NCBI GenBank assembly: GCA_902541435.1
Contig: CACBQR010000001.1
Span: forward strand, 58,240 to 122,239
DNA: 64,000 nucleotides
DNA from: an uncultured Alphaproteobacteria bacterium
GTDB lineage: Bacteria; Pseudomonadota; Alphaproteobacteria; HIMB59; GCA-002718135
Reading direction: 5' to 3'
Part shown: positions 43,703-53,710 of the stretch, one piece after another
How positions within the stretch are numbered: position 1 is the stretch's first letter
Layout: each line of letters begins with the position of its first letter
Position numbers and translations under genes: made by a program
The notes under the pieces: model-generated
Databases searched by the model: none
Seen by the model: the letters and a program-made list of their open reading frames with translations, nothing else
Told to the model about the DNA's origin: nothing

Positions 43703-44842
43703 TTATTTATTTAATTGATTAATAAAGTAAATAAACAATAATCCATTAAATGCCCAAATAAAACAAAGAGCGATAACATTAAAAGTTAAACCGAATGTTT
43801 CCGCTGAAAATCCAATTATAGCTGGTCCTATTAGAAAGCCAGAGAATGCAATTGTTGTGATATTTGCAGCAGTGATTGATATACTTTCATTAGTATATTT
43901 TAAACCTTGCATTAAAACGACTGGATAAAAATTTGAAGTGGAGAGAGCAAATAAAAATACTGCAAAAATAATAATATAAATATTCGCAGTTAAAATAGAA
44001 ATAAAGAAAATCAAACAACCAACTAAACCAAAATAACCTGCTGCAAATTTTACACCGTAAGCATTAACAATTTTTTCACCATATATTCTGCCTACAAATT
44101 CTCCACCTCCCCAACAAAGAATTGACAATGATGCAACGTACAAGGATGCATTAAGATCTCTTTTTAACCATAATGGTGTCCATTCTAGCATAATACCAAC
44201 TGTACCCATAAATATTGCTAAATTTAATCCAAAGAATAAAACTTTTCTTTCAGGTATTTTAAATTTAGCTAATTTTTCATAGTAATCATTTTCAGAAGAT
44301 AAACCAAATATGAATGTAAGAATGATTATTAAAGTTAAAAAGAATATTAAACCTATAAAAATATGAGGTGGATATAAATTTAAATAAAAAAATAAACTTG
44401 CAAAAATACCACTAATAATAAAACCAAAACTAAATGAAGCTTGCTGGTATGTTTGATAAATTCTTTTGGTTTTATTTTCAATAAAGTTAGTACTACTAGC
44501 GATAGTAGGGAAAATTAAACCTGCAGCTATTGATAATGGAATACTTGAAAGAAAAAAAATTTGTATATTATTTGCCGTAATGAAAATGTACGGAAAAATA
44601 GCAAAACTTAATTGACCCAACATTAAAGTTTTAGTGGTACCAATAAGTGGAACAATTACTCTTCCTGATAATTGACTAAAAATAAGTTGAAGAACTGCAA
44701 AAATTGTAAACCAAATTCCTAAATCAGTTTCTTTTATCCCAACTCTGTCAAATAGCCATGGAATATTTGTAACAGTAATTCCCCAGGTAAAAGCCAAAGC
44801 AAAACCATTCAAGCATATTGCAAAAAATGCTTTTCTATACAT
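43703..44842 (-). CDS. MFS transporter, paralog C
   Basis: About 12 TM helices. PLIGTTKTL and GPAIIGFSAETFGLTFNVIA are related to paralogs A and B. Confidence 0.75.
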   Translation of the reverse strand: MYRKAFFAICLNGFALAFTWGITVTNIPWLFDRVGIKETDLGIWFTIFAVLQLIFSQLSGRVIVPLIGTTKTLMLGQLSFAIFPYIFITANNIQIFFLSSIPLSIAAGLIFPTIASSTNFIENKTKRIYQTYQQASFSFGFIISGIFASLFFYLNLYPPHIFIGLIFFLTLIIILTFIFGLSSENDYYEKLAKFKIPERKVLFFGLNLAIFMGTVGIMLEWTPLWLKRDLNASLYVASLSILCWGGGEFVGRIYGEKIVNAYGVKFAAGYFGLVGCLIFFISILTANIYIIIFAVFLFALSTSNFYPVVLMQGLKYTNESISITAANITTIAFSGFLIGPAIIGFSAETFGLTFNVIALCFIWAFNGLLFIYFINQLNK

Positions 44843-44867
44843 TCTTACCTAATACAATTTATTAAAT

Positions 44868-45155
44868 TTAAGAAATAGTTGAAGTATTGTGTTTAATAAT
44901 ACCTGATATTTCAATTATTTCAGAAGCTACTCCACCAGATCTTTCAGCATGTTCTTTAATGAGATCTTCAGAAGCAGCATTATAAATACAATAAATTGCA
45001 TCATTTAGAACATAACTTTGTTCTTGTTGTATTTCTTTTCCTTCCTCTCTCATTTCAATAAGTGCCTTTTCAGACTCTTTAGCCCCTTTATCAAGATCAT
45101 TAGAAGGAGTTTTGGAAACTCCAGGTATTTCTCTTTTAATTAAAAATTTTTTCAT
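44868..45155 (-). CDS. DUF4242-like small protein
   Basis: 95 aa. The pattern YCIYNAASEDLIKEHAERSGGVASEIIEI resembles DUF4242; assignment is tentative. Confidence 0.5.
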   Translation of the reverse strand: MKKFLIKREIPGVSKTPSNDLDKGAKESEKALIEMREEGKEIQQEQSYVLNDAIYCIYNAASEDLIKEHAERSGGVASEIIEISGIIKHNTSTIS

Positions 45156-45203
45156 ATATTTTTCTTAATATTATTTTGTAATTGTTACAATATTATTAAA
45201 CTA

Positions 45204-46139
45204 TTAAGTTCTAAGAGTAGTTTTGGCTACGACTAATTCCTCACGTTTATTTTCTCTAAATACAACAAAGATACCGCTTACCATAATAAGAAAAATTCCA
45301 ATAAATGAATTTATATCGGGCACTTCAGAAAAAATAATGATTCCTATTATTATTGCAAAAATTAGATGTACGTACTCAGTTATACTATTAACTAGAGGTG
45401 AACCTACTCTATATGCTGCAATCAAACAAAATATCCCAAGACTTCCAGTTATAGAAATAAAAAGTATTAATCCAATAAATTGAAGATCATTAAGTACCCA
45501 AGGATTACTAAGAATATAAAAAATTGATAAATTAAAATCTGAATTATGTAATAAAATACTAATTGCGCTTCCTCCAACAAATGCACCTATATAAATATGA
45601 AAAGTTTGTTGAAATAAATTATCATTTTTTGAAGTTTTTTTTGCCAAAGTCATCGATAATGCATAGGTGGCTGCAGCAATTATTGGAAATAACATATAAA
45701 TATTTATGTCATTAAATTCTGGCTTAATAATTAAAAGCGTTCCACTAAAACCAACAAAAATTGAAAATATTCTATTCAAGCCAATTTTTATATTCAGAAT
45801 AAAGTAAGAATAAATAGTAATAAAAAATGGACTTACAAAAAATAAACTCGTTGCTTCTGCTAAAGTGATTTGGCTCAATGAAATAAAAAATAAGGTAAAG
45901 CCGAAGAAGAATGTTGAGCCTCTAAAAATTGCTATATAAGGGTGTGCAGTTCCAAAGAATATTGGTTGTTTTGTGTATATTAAATATAGGCATAACAATG
46001 AAAATCCTACCCCTCCTCTAAATACGAGTATTTGCATTAAGGAGGCATCATGGATGGTATATTTAATTAAAACGTCCTGGGTAATGATGAACAACATCCC
46101 CACAATAATTAAAATAAGACCTTTTATGTTATTATTCAT
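45204..46139 (-). CDS. DMT superfamily (EamA-like) transporter
   Basis: 311 aa, about 10 TM helices arranged in two repeats. Confidence 0.7.
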   Translation of the reverse strand: MNNNIKGLILIIVGMLFIITQDVLIKYTIHDASLMQILVFRGGVGFSLLCLYLIYTKQPIFFGTAHPYIAIFRGSTFFFGFTLFFISLSQITLAEATSLFFVSPFFITIYSYFILNIKIGLNRIFSIFVGFSGTLLIIKPEFNDINIYMLFPIIAAATYALSMTLAKKTSKNDNLFQQTFHIYIGAFVGGSAISILLHNSDFNLSIFYILSNPWVLNDLQFIGLILFISITGSLGIFCLIAAYRVGSPLVNSITEYVHLIFAIIIGIIIFSEVPDINSFIGIFLIMVSGIFVVFRENKREELVVAKTTLRT

Positions 46140-46199
46140 ATAAATTTTCTTAGAGTAATTTAGGTATTAGTTTAGAAAAAAAAATAATATATAATTATT

Positions 46200-47222
46200 T
46201 TGATGATTTTTTATCTTGTAACACCGCTAATATTGATTTTTACTAGTTCTTTAGGATTAATCATTAATCCCTCTTGGTCAATTTCACCTTTTATTTGGGT
46301 TTTCGTATTAGTTCCAATTATCGACCTTGTATTACCTTACTTAAGTAAAGATGATGTTGAGTTAAATGAAAGTGTGTTTCACAATTTTTCTATTTTAATC
46401 ATTCTTCCCTGTATTTTATTTTTAATTATATTTGGTTTAGTTGTTGTTTCAAACTCCACTATCACTGTATTAACTGCCGCTGCTCTAGGGGCAGCTGTAG
46501 GTATGTCTGGCGGTTCTATTGGCATTACAACGGCACATGAGCTCATTCATCGTAAAAATAAATTTATGAGAGGTATTGGAGTTTTTTTATTAGTTTTATG
46601 TTGTTATGGACATTTTCGAATTGAACATATTTATGGTCATCATTTAAATGTAGCTACTAAAGAAGATCCTGCCACAGCAAGAAGAGGGGAAAATTTTTAT
46701 TTTTATTTTATTCGCTGTGTAATCAATAGTGTGATTTCATCTTGGAATATTGAAAAAAATATTCTTGATAGAAAAAGATTAAATACATTTAGTTTCCAAA
46801 ACAGAATGATTCATTATTTTGTATTAGAATTTTTATTTTTAGTATTCGCTTTTTTAATTGCCGGTATTAATGGTTTAGTTTTTGTTATCTTTCATTCTTT
46901 TGTTTCTATAATCTTATTAGAGTTAGTAAATTATATTCAGCATTATGGTTTAGAAAGAAAAAAAGAAAATGGAAGATACGAGAGATTTACAGATTTACAT
47001 TCTTGGAATAGTCGTCACATCTCTGCTAATTGGTCGACATTTAATTTAGGTCTTCATGCAGAGCATCACCAGAGCGCATCAAAGCCCTATCCTCTTTTAT
47101 CTCAAGAAGAAAAAGCAATAGAGATGCCTGCTAATTACTCCATTATGTTGATTATGGCTTTAATCCCTCCTTTGTGGTTTTTTGTGATGGATAGGAAAAT
47201 AGATAACTTAAAAACTATTTAA
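46200..47222 (+). CDS. Membrane di-iron alkane hydroxylase/fatty-acid desaturase family protein (AlkB-like)
   Basis: Histidine boxes HELIHR, EHIYGHH, NYIQHYGL and LHAEHH in the AlkB order. TTG at 46200 or ATG at 46203. Confidence 0.7.
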   Translation: MMIFYLVTPLILIFTSSLGLIINPSWSISPFIWVFVLVPIIDLVLPYLSKDDVELNESVFHNFSILIILPCILFLIIFGLVVVSNSTITVLTAAALGAAVGMSGGSIGITTAHELIHRKNKFMRGIGVFLLVLCCYGHFRIEHIYGHHLNVATKEDPATARRGENFYFYFIRCVINSVISSWNIEKNILDRKRLNTFSFQNRMIHYFVLEFLFLVFAFLIAGINGLVFVIFHSFVSIILLELVNYIQHYGLERKKENGRYERFTDLHSWNSRHISANWSTFNLGLHAEHHQSASKPYPLLSQEEKAIEMPANYSIMLIMALIPPLWFFVMDRKIDNLKTI

Positions 47223-47228
47223 TTTAAT

Positions 47229-47912
47229 ATGATAGATTTTTTTTCTAAGTTGAAAGATAATCGTATTTTTCAATTTTCTGTTGTTGTTATAATTATATTA
47301 AATGCCATTCTTATTGGAGCTACAACATATAAATTAGATCCTATATTTTTAAATACTATTCACTTACTTGATTATGCAATCACTGTTTTCTTTGTTATTG
47401 AAATTTTAATTCGTTTTATTGGAGAAAAAGAAAAGAAAAATTTCCTAAAAGATGGCTGGAATGTATTTGATACAATCATTGTAGCAATCTCACTCATTCC
47501 TATTCCAAATAATTCTAGTTTTTTAGTTCTACGACTTCTTCGTATTTTTAGAGTATTACGTCTAATATCAGTTATTCCGGAATTAAAAAAAATTATAGAA
47601 GCTATTCTTGCTTCCATTAAGAGGGTATTTTTTGTCAGTCTGCTTTTATTTATTATACTCTATATTTACGCAACAATGGGCTCTATTTTATTTGGAGAAG
47701 ATGATCCAGAAAGATGGGCTGATTTAGGAATTTCTCTAATCACCCTATTTCAAGTTTTAACTTTATCTAGCTGGGAAAATGTTATGCTACCTATGCAAGC
47801 TGTTTATTGGTGGGCTTGGATTTATTTCTTTAGTTTCATTTCAATTTGTTCAATTACAATATTGAATTTGGTAATTGCTATACTTGTAGATGTTGTAAAT
47901 CATCAAAAATAG
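47229..47912 (+). CDS. Bacterial voltage-gated cation channel (BacNaV/NaChBac-like, single 6-TM domain)
   Basis: S4 Arg ladder VLRLLRIFRVLRL. The pore FQVLTLSSWENVM resembles the TLESW filter region. Confidence 0.75.
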   Translation: MIDFFSKLKDNRIFQFSVVVIIILNAILIGATTYKLDPIFLNTIHLLDYAITVFFVIEILIRFIGEKEKKNFLKDGWNVFDTIIVAISLIPIPNNSSFLVLRLLRIFRVLRLISVIPELKKIIEAILASIKRVFFVSLLLFIILYIYATMGSILFGEDDPERWADLGISLITLFQVLTLSSWENVMLPMQAVYWWAWIYFFSFISICSITILNLVIAILVDVVNHQK

Positions 47913-48047
47913 TATTGAAAAATAACATTAATATTTAATTTTTTAGTTTTTTATGTTAAAATATTTTAATAGCAGTTGTAGTAACCTGCTCTAACAAAAC
48001 TCCTGCAGTCGAAGAATACCTGCGTTAAAAAACATAAGGGAGGCAAA

Positions 48048-48500
48048 ATGTTTGATAAAAAAGAAGATAATACAAGTTCAACACCTGATGTGTTTAGACC
48101 TGCTAAGGGATCTGCAAAAGTTGTTATTGGTCAAGGTGTAGTTATTAATGGTGAAATTAAAAAAGCTGATGAAGTGCAAATTGACGGTGAAGCAGATGTT
48201 ACGATGAAAACAGATAATTTAGTAGTAGGTGCTACTGGTGACTGTAAAGGCGCGATTGAAACTCATAACGCTGATATTTGGGGTGCATTTGATGGCGATA
48301 TTAAAGCATCTGGTACTCTTACTATTCAAGAACAAGGTAAAGTTTCAGGTAAAATTGAATATCAAAATTTACAAATTAAACTTGGCGGTCAAATAAGTGG
48401 TGATATTAAACTTTCTGATAAAATTCAATCAATTAAAAAAGATACAAAACCTTCAGATGAGAATAATGTTTCATTGCAAGAATCTATGAAAAAAGAATAA
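48048..48500 (+). CDS. Bactofilin-family cytoskeletal protein
   Basis: Beta-helical repeat pattern GQGVVINGEIKKADEVQIDGEADV...GKVSGKIEYQNLQIKLGGQISGDIKL. Strong SD AAGGGAGG. Confidence 0.75.
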   Translation: MFDKKEDNTSSTPDVFRPAKGSAKVVIGQGVVINGEIKKADEVQIDGEADVTMKTDNLVVGATGDCKGAIETHNADIWGAFDGDIKASGTLTIQEQGKVSGKIEYQNLQIKLGGQISGDIKLSDKIQSIKKDTKPSDENNVSLQESMKKE

Positions 48501-48510
48501 GCTAATCATA

Positions 48511-48915
48511 GTGAAAGAAAGATTATTTAAACCTTTACATTGGATAATGCTGATCCTTATCTCTTTAGATTTTATTGATACAACTTATCGAATTACGTAT
48601 GGATACTTTTCAGGTCAAGGTGTTCAACCACCTGTAGGAGATTTTAATGTTCAGATTTCCACTTTAGATTTTATTGTGAGTATAGTTTTTCAATTAGCAA
48701 TCGCTTACACAATTTATATGTTGTATAGCATGAAAAAAAGTGGTGGTTATTATTTAGTAGGTTTAAATATTCTTTTTGTTATTTATGGGTTTGTTTTAGG
48801 GCCGTTTAGTACAGTACCAGCTGCAGAAGTTATACCTCTTATTGCAGGCTTTATGGTTTTCTATATTATTTTGGTTATTGGGATACCTTATTTGTATTCT
48901 GATAAATATGAGTAA
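48511..48915 (+). CDS. Hypothetical membrane protein (about 4 TM)
   Basis: 134-aa hydrophobic ORF starting 10 nt after the bactofilin gene. GTG start. Confidence 0.5.
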   Translation: MKERLFKPLHWIMLILISLDFIDTTYRITYGYFSGQGVQPPVGDFNVQISTLDFIVSIVFQLAIAYTIYMLYSMKKSGGYYLVGLNILFVIYGFVLGPFSTVPAAEVIPLIAGFMVFYIILVIGIPYLYSDKYE

Positions 48916-48916
48916 T

Positions 48917-49201
48917 TTATAAAAGTATATTTTTGTATTTCTTTTTAAATAGATTTAATTTTTCTCTTCCATTGAAATCCAATCTATAGGATGTAAATAA
49001 ATCTTTTTTGGTACCTATATCTTTTTTTGAAACACTAACAAATTTTAGATCAATATCTTCTACATCATCAATGTTTCTAACAAGTAAAGCTAATTTCCAT
49101 TCTAATTCTTTGCTACGAAAATTTTCTGGAATAGTATCTTCTTTGACTGAATTATTTTTATTTTGGTTAAATAAATTAGATATATTTTCTAAAATTTTCA
49201 T
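48917..49201 (-). CDS. Hypothetical protein (94 aa)
   Basis: ORF only. No family recognised. Confidence 0.4.
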   Translation of the reverse strand: MKILENISNLFNQNKNNSVKEDTIPENFRSKELEWKLALLVRNIDDVEDIDLKFVSVSKKDIGTKKDLFTSYRLDFNGREKLNLFKKKYKNILL

Positions 49202-49384
49202 AATTGATATATAGGTTGTGTAATGAGAAGTTCAAATAAATTAACTTTTATCAAAAAGAGCTATTTAATTTTAATAACATTATTAGATTTAATTGAATTG
49301 TAATAAATTTGTATTATGTATTTATTAGAACGATTTGACTCTATTGCGGTTCACAAGCAGCTAAAAAGAGATACGTATAAAATT

Positions 49385-49421
49385 ATCCTCCCATTAAGAG
49401 AAATGGCGAGGATTTTTTTTT
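49385..49421 (+). terminator. Strong intrinsic terminator directly upstream of a small ORF (attenuator or sRNA 3' end)
   Basis: ATCCTCCCAT-TAAGAGAA-ATGGCGAGGAT (one bulge) followed by a T9 run. It ends 7 nt before the ATG at 49428. Confidence 0.6.
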
Positions 49422-49439
49422 GAATAAATGGAGAAAAAT

Positions 49440-49700
49440 ATGAACTTATGTGTTGTTACAAAAGGAACATTTACGAAAGATGATTATATGGAATTATATA
49501 ATTACTTTAAAGAAGATATAGCTAAATACACAGATGGCTTTGATATGGCTTTTGTGAAAGATGGTCATGTTATTAGTATGGCCAATGTTACTGACCAAGA
49601 TAAATTTTATGCTTTATTTGAAGATCCAAAATCAAAAGAATTTGATGCAAAATTTAATAGTACAGACACTGTGTACACTTTAGAGAAGCAAGAATATTAA
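49440..49700 (+). CDS. Hypothetical small protein (86 aa from ATG 49440)
   Basis: GGAG at 49431-49434 is spaced for the ATG at 49440; the listed start is 49428. Its 3' end overlaps ureG by 4 nt, convergently. Confidence 0.5.
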   Translation: MNLCVVTKGTFTKDDYMELYNYFKEDIAKYTDGFDMAFVKDGHVISMANVTDQDKFYALFEDPKSKEFDAKFNSTDTVYTLEKQEY

Positions 49701-50308
49701 ATCCCACCTTGAGAAATTAAGAAGTCAGAAATTTTTTCTATTCCGTTATTATTTTTCATTTCACCGAAAACATAAGGTAACCCATTTCTGGCTTCCTTTA
49801 CATCCTCTTCCATTTGATCAATATTAACATCGACATGAGGTGCTAAATCAACTTTATTAACTATCAACAAATCTGATTTTTTTATAGCAGGAGCTTTTTT
49901 TCTTGGAATGTCTGCTCCTTGGGCAACATCAATCATATAAATTGTTAAATCAACTAACTCTGGACTAAAAGTAGCTGCCAAATTATCGCCGCCTGATTCA
50001 ATAAGTATTAATTCTAAATCAGGAAATTTATTTTTCATTTCATCAACGGCTAGTAAATTAATTGAACAATCTTCTCGGATAGCCGTATGGGGACACCCAC
50101 CTGTTTCAACTCCTTTAATTCTTTCCATAGGAAGAACTTGAGCTCTCATTAAATATTCTGCATCTTCAGTTGTATAAATATCATTTGATATTACTGCCAT
50201 TGAAATTCTGTTTGATAAATGACGGCATAAAGCTTCTGTTAAGCTAGTTTTTCCTGTTCCTATTCCTCCACCTATACCAACTTTTAACGGACCATTTATA
50301 TTGTTCAT
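49697..50308 (-). CDS. ureG: Urease accessory GTPase UreG
   Basis: P-loop [17 protein letters not shown] and NKVDL motifs. Confidence 0.95.
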   Translation of the reverse strand: MNNINGPLKVGIGGGIGTGKTSLTEALCRHLSNRISMAVISNDIYTTEDAEYLMRAQVLPMERIKGVETGGCPHTAIREDCSINLLAVDEMKNKFPDLELILIESGGDNLAATFSPELVDLTIYMIDVAQGADIPRKKAPAIKKSDLLIVNKVDLAPHVDVNIDQMEEDVKEARNGLPYVFGEMKNNNGIEKISDFLISQGGI

Positions 50309-50940
50309 GTTAAATAAATCCTTGAATCTAAATTTTCATGTTTAATTGCAAAAATATCACCAATAAAAAAACTCGTTCCAATATCTTTAAGAGTTAATTG
50401 GTATGATTGATCTAAAAATTTTTGTATTTGATCAATAAAATTAACATTTAATATTTGTCCATCTTTTTGTGATATAGGAATATGCTTTACACAAACATTA
50501 ATTAAGTTTGAAATATATGACTGGAGATAAAATTTAATTAAGTCATCAAATTTTATATTAAAATGAAGAGCTGCTTTGCTAATACAATAAACAAAAGATG
50601 TATTTTCTTCTAATACTAGCTCCCAACTATCTTTCATTATCTTTCGAAATGAATTACCCATATCAATCATTTCTATGTGTCTTTCTTTGGAAGAAGCACT
50701 TGCTAGAATTAAGTCATTAATTTCTTCACCCACATACACAGACTTTAAAAAAATATAATCATTTCGAAGACTGCCATAAAATAATAATGCTTCTAAATAT
50801 TCTCTAACATCATCTTTATTTTTAATTTTATTACCATCTATTAATGCCTCTAAACCATGTGAGTATGCATATGAACCAACAGGAAAGGACGAAGAAAACC
50901 AAATTTGTAATATTTGAAGAGGATCTTTTATTTTTTTCAT
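50305..50940 (-). CDS. ureF: Urease accessory protein UreF
   Basis: Position in the ure operon and the motif [21 protein letters not shown]. The start is set at the internal ATG at 50940, which abuts the ureE stop; the listed ORF extends to 51006. Confidence 0.85.
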   Translation of the reverse strand: MKKIKDPLQILQIWFSSSFPVGSYAYSHGLEALIDGNKIKNKDDVREYLEALLFYGSLRNDYIFLKSVYVGEEINDLILASASSKERHIEMIDMGNSFRKIMKDSWELVLEENTSFVYCISKAALHFNIKFDDLIKFYLQSYISNLINVCVKHIPISQKDGQILNVNFIDQIQKFLDQSYQLTLKDIGTSFFIGDIFAIKHENLDSRIYLT

Positions 50941-50941
50941 T

Positions 50942-51388
50942 TTAGTGTTTATGACTATGAGTACGTCCCATACCGTAAGCTCCACCTTCAGGTTTAAATT
51001 TTTCAAAAACTTTTTTTACATTCCCGTGTAATTTTAAAATCATATCTAAAATTACAGCATCATCTTGAATAAGAATTCTTTTCTCTTCAATTTGACAAGG
51101 TAAATGCCTGTTGCCAATATGCCAAATAATATGTTTTAAATTATTACCTGTAATTTCAATCAAATTTTCTTCTTTTGAAACTACTTGAATTAAATTTCCA
51201 TTTTCTAATTCGAAATAATGATCTTCATCCATACTGACTGTTTCTTCTAGATTAACTAAAAATTCCGTTCCATTATCTGTTGTTAATTTTTTTCGTCGTA
51301 TAAATCGTTCTTCATAAGATAAAGTAATTTCATCTTGTATATTTTTACTAGCATCTTTGTGATCTGTTATTTTAAAAGCTGTTTGCAT
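50942..51388 (-). CDS. ureE: Urease accessory metallochaperone UreE
   Basis: HIGNRHLP motif and a His-rich tail (RTHSHKH). Confidence 0.9.
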   Translation of the reverse strand: MQTAFKITDHKDASKNIQDEITLSYEERFIRRKKLTTDNGTEFLVNLEETVSMDEDHYFELENGNLIQVVSKEENLIEITGNNLKHIIWHIGNRHLPCQIEEKRILIQDDAVILDMILKLHGNVKKVFEKFKPEGGAYGMGRTHSHKH

Positions 51389-51393
51389 AAAAT

Positions 51394-53100
51394 TTAATAC
51401 ATGAAATAACGTTGAGCTAAAGGTAGTATTTTAGCAGGCTCACAGGTAATTAATTCTCCATCTGCCTTAACTTCATAAGTTTCTGGATTAACTTCTATAT
51501 TTGGACAATAATCATTTAATACCATATCTTTTTTAGAAATTTTTCTAATATTTTTAACTGGCAATAAAGATTTGCTAATTCCAGAATTTTTGAATGAATT
51601 TTTATCTAAAGACGCTTTACTTACAAATGTTGCAGTAGATTTTTCTAATGATTTTCCAAAAGAAGAAAACATTGGTCGCGAATACACTGGTTGTGGTGTT
51701 GGAATAGAAGCATTAGGATCACCCATTTGCGAACAAGAAATACTTCCACCTTGCAAAACCATTTCAGGTTTAACACCAAAAAAAGCAGTATCCCAAATGA
51801 CAATATCTGCGCGTTTATTCTTTTCGATACTGCCAATATGATCGGAAATACCATGAGCAATGGCAGGATTAATTGTATATTTTGCAATATAACGTTTAAC
51901 ACGTAAATTATCATTATCACCCTGCTCTTCCTTTAATTGTCCACGTTGTACTTTCATTTTATGTGCTGTTTGCCATGTTCTTATAATAACTTCACCAACA
52001 CGACCCATTGCTTGACTATCAGATGCAATAATTGAAAATGCTCCCATATCATGGAGTATATCTTCTGCGGCAATTGTTTCTTTTCGAATTCTACTTTCAG
52101 CAAATGCAACATCTTCTGGTATTGATTTATCAAGGTGATGACAAACCATTAACATGTCTAAGTGCTCTTCAACTGTATTAACAGTATAAGGTCTTGTGGG
52201 GTTTGTTGATGAAGGAATAACATATTCTTCACCACAAACTTTTATAATATCAGGCGCATGACCTCCTCCTGCTCCCTCTGTGTGAAAAGCGTGAATAGTT
52301 CTTCCATTAATCGCCTTAATCGTGCTTTCTACAAATCCACTTTCATTCAATGTATCAGTGTGAATCATAACTTGAATGTCATGTTCATCAGCTACATTTA
52401 AACAATTATCGATAGCTGCTGGAGTTGTGCCCCAATCTTCATGTAATTTAAGTGAACTTGCACCAGAAATTACTTGTTCTTCAAGAGCTTTAGGTAATGA
52501 ACTGTTTCCTTTTCCTGCAAAAGCTAAGTTCATAGAAAAAGCATCAGCTGATTGTATCATTTTCTCTATATGCCATGGTCCAGGTGTAACTGTAGTTGCC
52601 AAAGTACCGTGTGCAGGACCAGTTCCACCTCCCAACATAGTTGTAATACCAGAATGAAGTGCATCATCTATTTGTTGAGGACAAATAAAATGTATATGAC
52701 TATCAAATCCACCAGCTGTTATAATTTTGCCTTCACCAGCAATTATTTCTGTTCCAGGTCCAATAATAATATTTACATTGGGTTGAGTATCTGGATTACC
52801 TGCTTTTCCAATTTCATAAATTAATCCATCCTTAAGACCAATATCAGCTTTATAAATTCCATTTACATCAACAATTAAAGCGTTTGTTATAACTGTATCA
52901 ACAGCGCCGTCTTTGCGAGATACTTGAGATTGCCCCATTCCATCTCGAATAACTTTTCCTCCACCAAATTTTACTTCTTCACCATATGTTGTTAAATCTT
53001 TTTCCACTTCAATAAAAAGTTCAGTGTCAGCAAGTCTAACTTTATCACCAGTTGTTGGTCCATACATATCAGCATAAGCTTCTCTTTTAATTTTTTTCAT
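51394..53100 (-). CDS. ureC: Urease alpha subunit
   Basis: 568 aa with [19 protein letters not shown] and DSHIHF active-site motifs. Confidence 0.97.
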   Translation of the reverse strand: MKKIKREAYADMYGPTTGDKVRLADTELFIEVEKDLTTYGEEVKFGGGKVIRDGMGQSQVSRKDGAVDTVITNALIVDVNGIYKADIGLKDGLIYEIGKAGNPDTQPNVNIIIGPGTEIIAGEGKIITAGGFDSHIHFICPQQIDDALHSGITTMLGGGTGPAHGTLATTVTPGPWHIEKMIQSADAFSMNLAFAGKGNSSLPKALEEQVISGASSLKLHEDWGTTPAAIDNCLNVADEHDIQVMIHTDTLNESGFVESTIKAINGRTIHAFHTEGAGGGHAPDIIKVCGEEYVIPSSTNPTRPYTVNTVEEHLDMLMVCHHLDKSIPEDVAFAESRIRKETIAAEDILHDMGAFSIIASDSQAMGRVGEVIIRTWQTAHKMKVQRGQLKEEQGDNDNLRVKRYIAKYTINPAIAHGISDHIGSIEKNKRADIVIWDTAFFGVKPEMVLQGGSISCSQMGDPNASIPTPQPVYSRPMFSSFGKSLEKSTATFVSKASLDKNSFKNSGISKSLLPVKNIRKISKKDMVLNDYCPNIEVNPETYEVKADGELITCEPAKILPLAQRYFMY

Positions 53101-53408
53101 TACAATTGACCCATTACTTTCTTATTAAAACCAAATATCTTCCTATTTCCCGTTATTGGAATTAATTCTACATCTTTTGATTGACCAGGTTCAAACCGAA
53201 CGGCTGTACCAGACGGTATATCTAAACGCATACCATGTGATTTTTCTCTATCAAATTTTAAATATTCATTTGTTTCAGCAAAATGATAATGACTACCAAC
53301 TTGAATTGGACGATCCCCACTATTTGAAACTTTTAAAGTTATTGATTGTCTTTCAACATTTAAATGAATGTCACTAGTTTGTTTTGTTATTATTTCACCA
53401 GGTTTCAT
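53100..53408 (-). CDS. ureB: Urease beta subunit
   Basis: MKPGEI...[13 protein letters not shown] signature. Confidence 0.95.
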   Translation of the reverse strand: MKPGEIITKQTSDIHLNVERQSITLKVSNSGDRPIQVGSHYHFAETNEYLKFDREKSHGMRLDIPSGTAVRFEPGQSKDVELIPITGNRKIFGFNKKVMGQL

Positions 53409-53710
53409 TATCTAATCGGTTTATGTACTGTTACTAATTTTGTTCCATCTGGAAATGTTGCTTCAACTTGTACTTCTGGTATCATATCAGGAATACCATC
53501 CATACAATCTTCTTTTTTAACTACGTGCGCACCTGTTTCCATTAATTCTGACACCATTTTTCCATCTCTTGCACCTTCTATGACAAAATCTGTTATCAAC
53601 GCTATCGCTTCTGGATAATTAAGTTTAACACCTCTTTCTAAACGTTTTCTGGCAACATTAGCTGCCATACTGACCATCAACTTATCTTTTTCTCTTGGTG
53701 TTAATTTCAT
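53408..53710 (-). CDS. ureA: Urease gamma subunit
   Basis: [12 protein letters not shown]...[14 protein letters not shown] signature. Confidence 0.95.
   Translation of the reverse strand: MKLTPREKDKLMVSMAANVARKRLERGVKLNYPEAIALITDFVIEGARDGKMVSELMETGAHVVKKEDCMDGIPDMIPEVQVEATFPDGTKLVTVHKPIR

Noticed and set aside
51572-52824. Five listed ORFs (51572..51841+, 51645..51920-, 51691..51906+, 52376..52657+, 52552..52824+) inside ureC
   Set aside because: They lie entirely within, or antisense to, the unambiguous urease alpha gene. They have no motifs and odd composition, so they are shadow ORFs.
53156-53618. Plus-strand ORFs 53156..53377 and 53364..53618
   Set aside because: They are antisense to ureB and ureA, whose products match the urease subunits along their full length.
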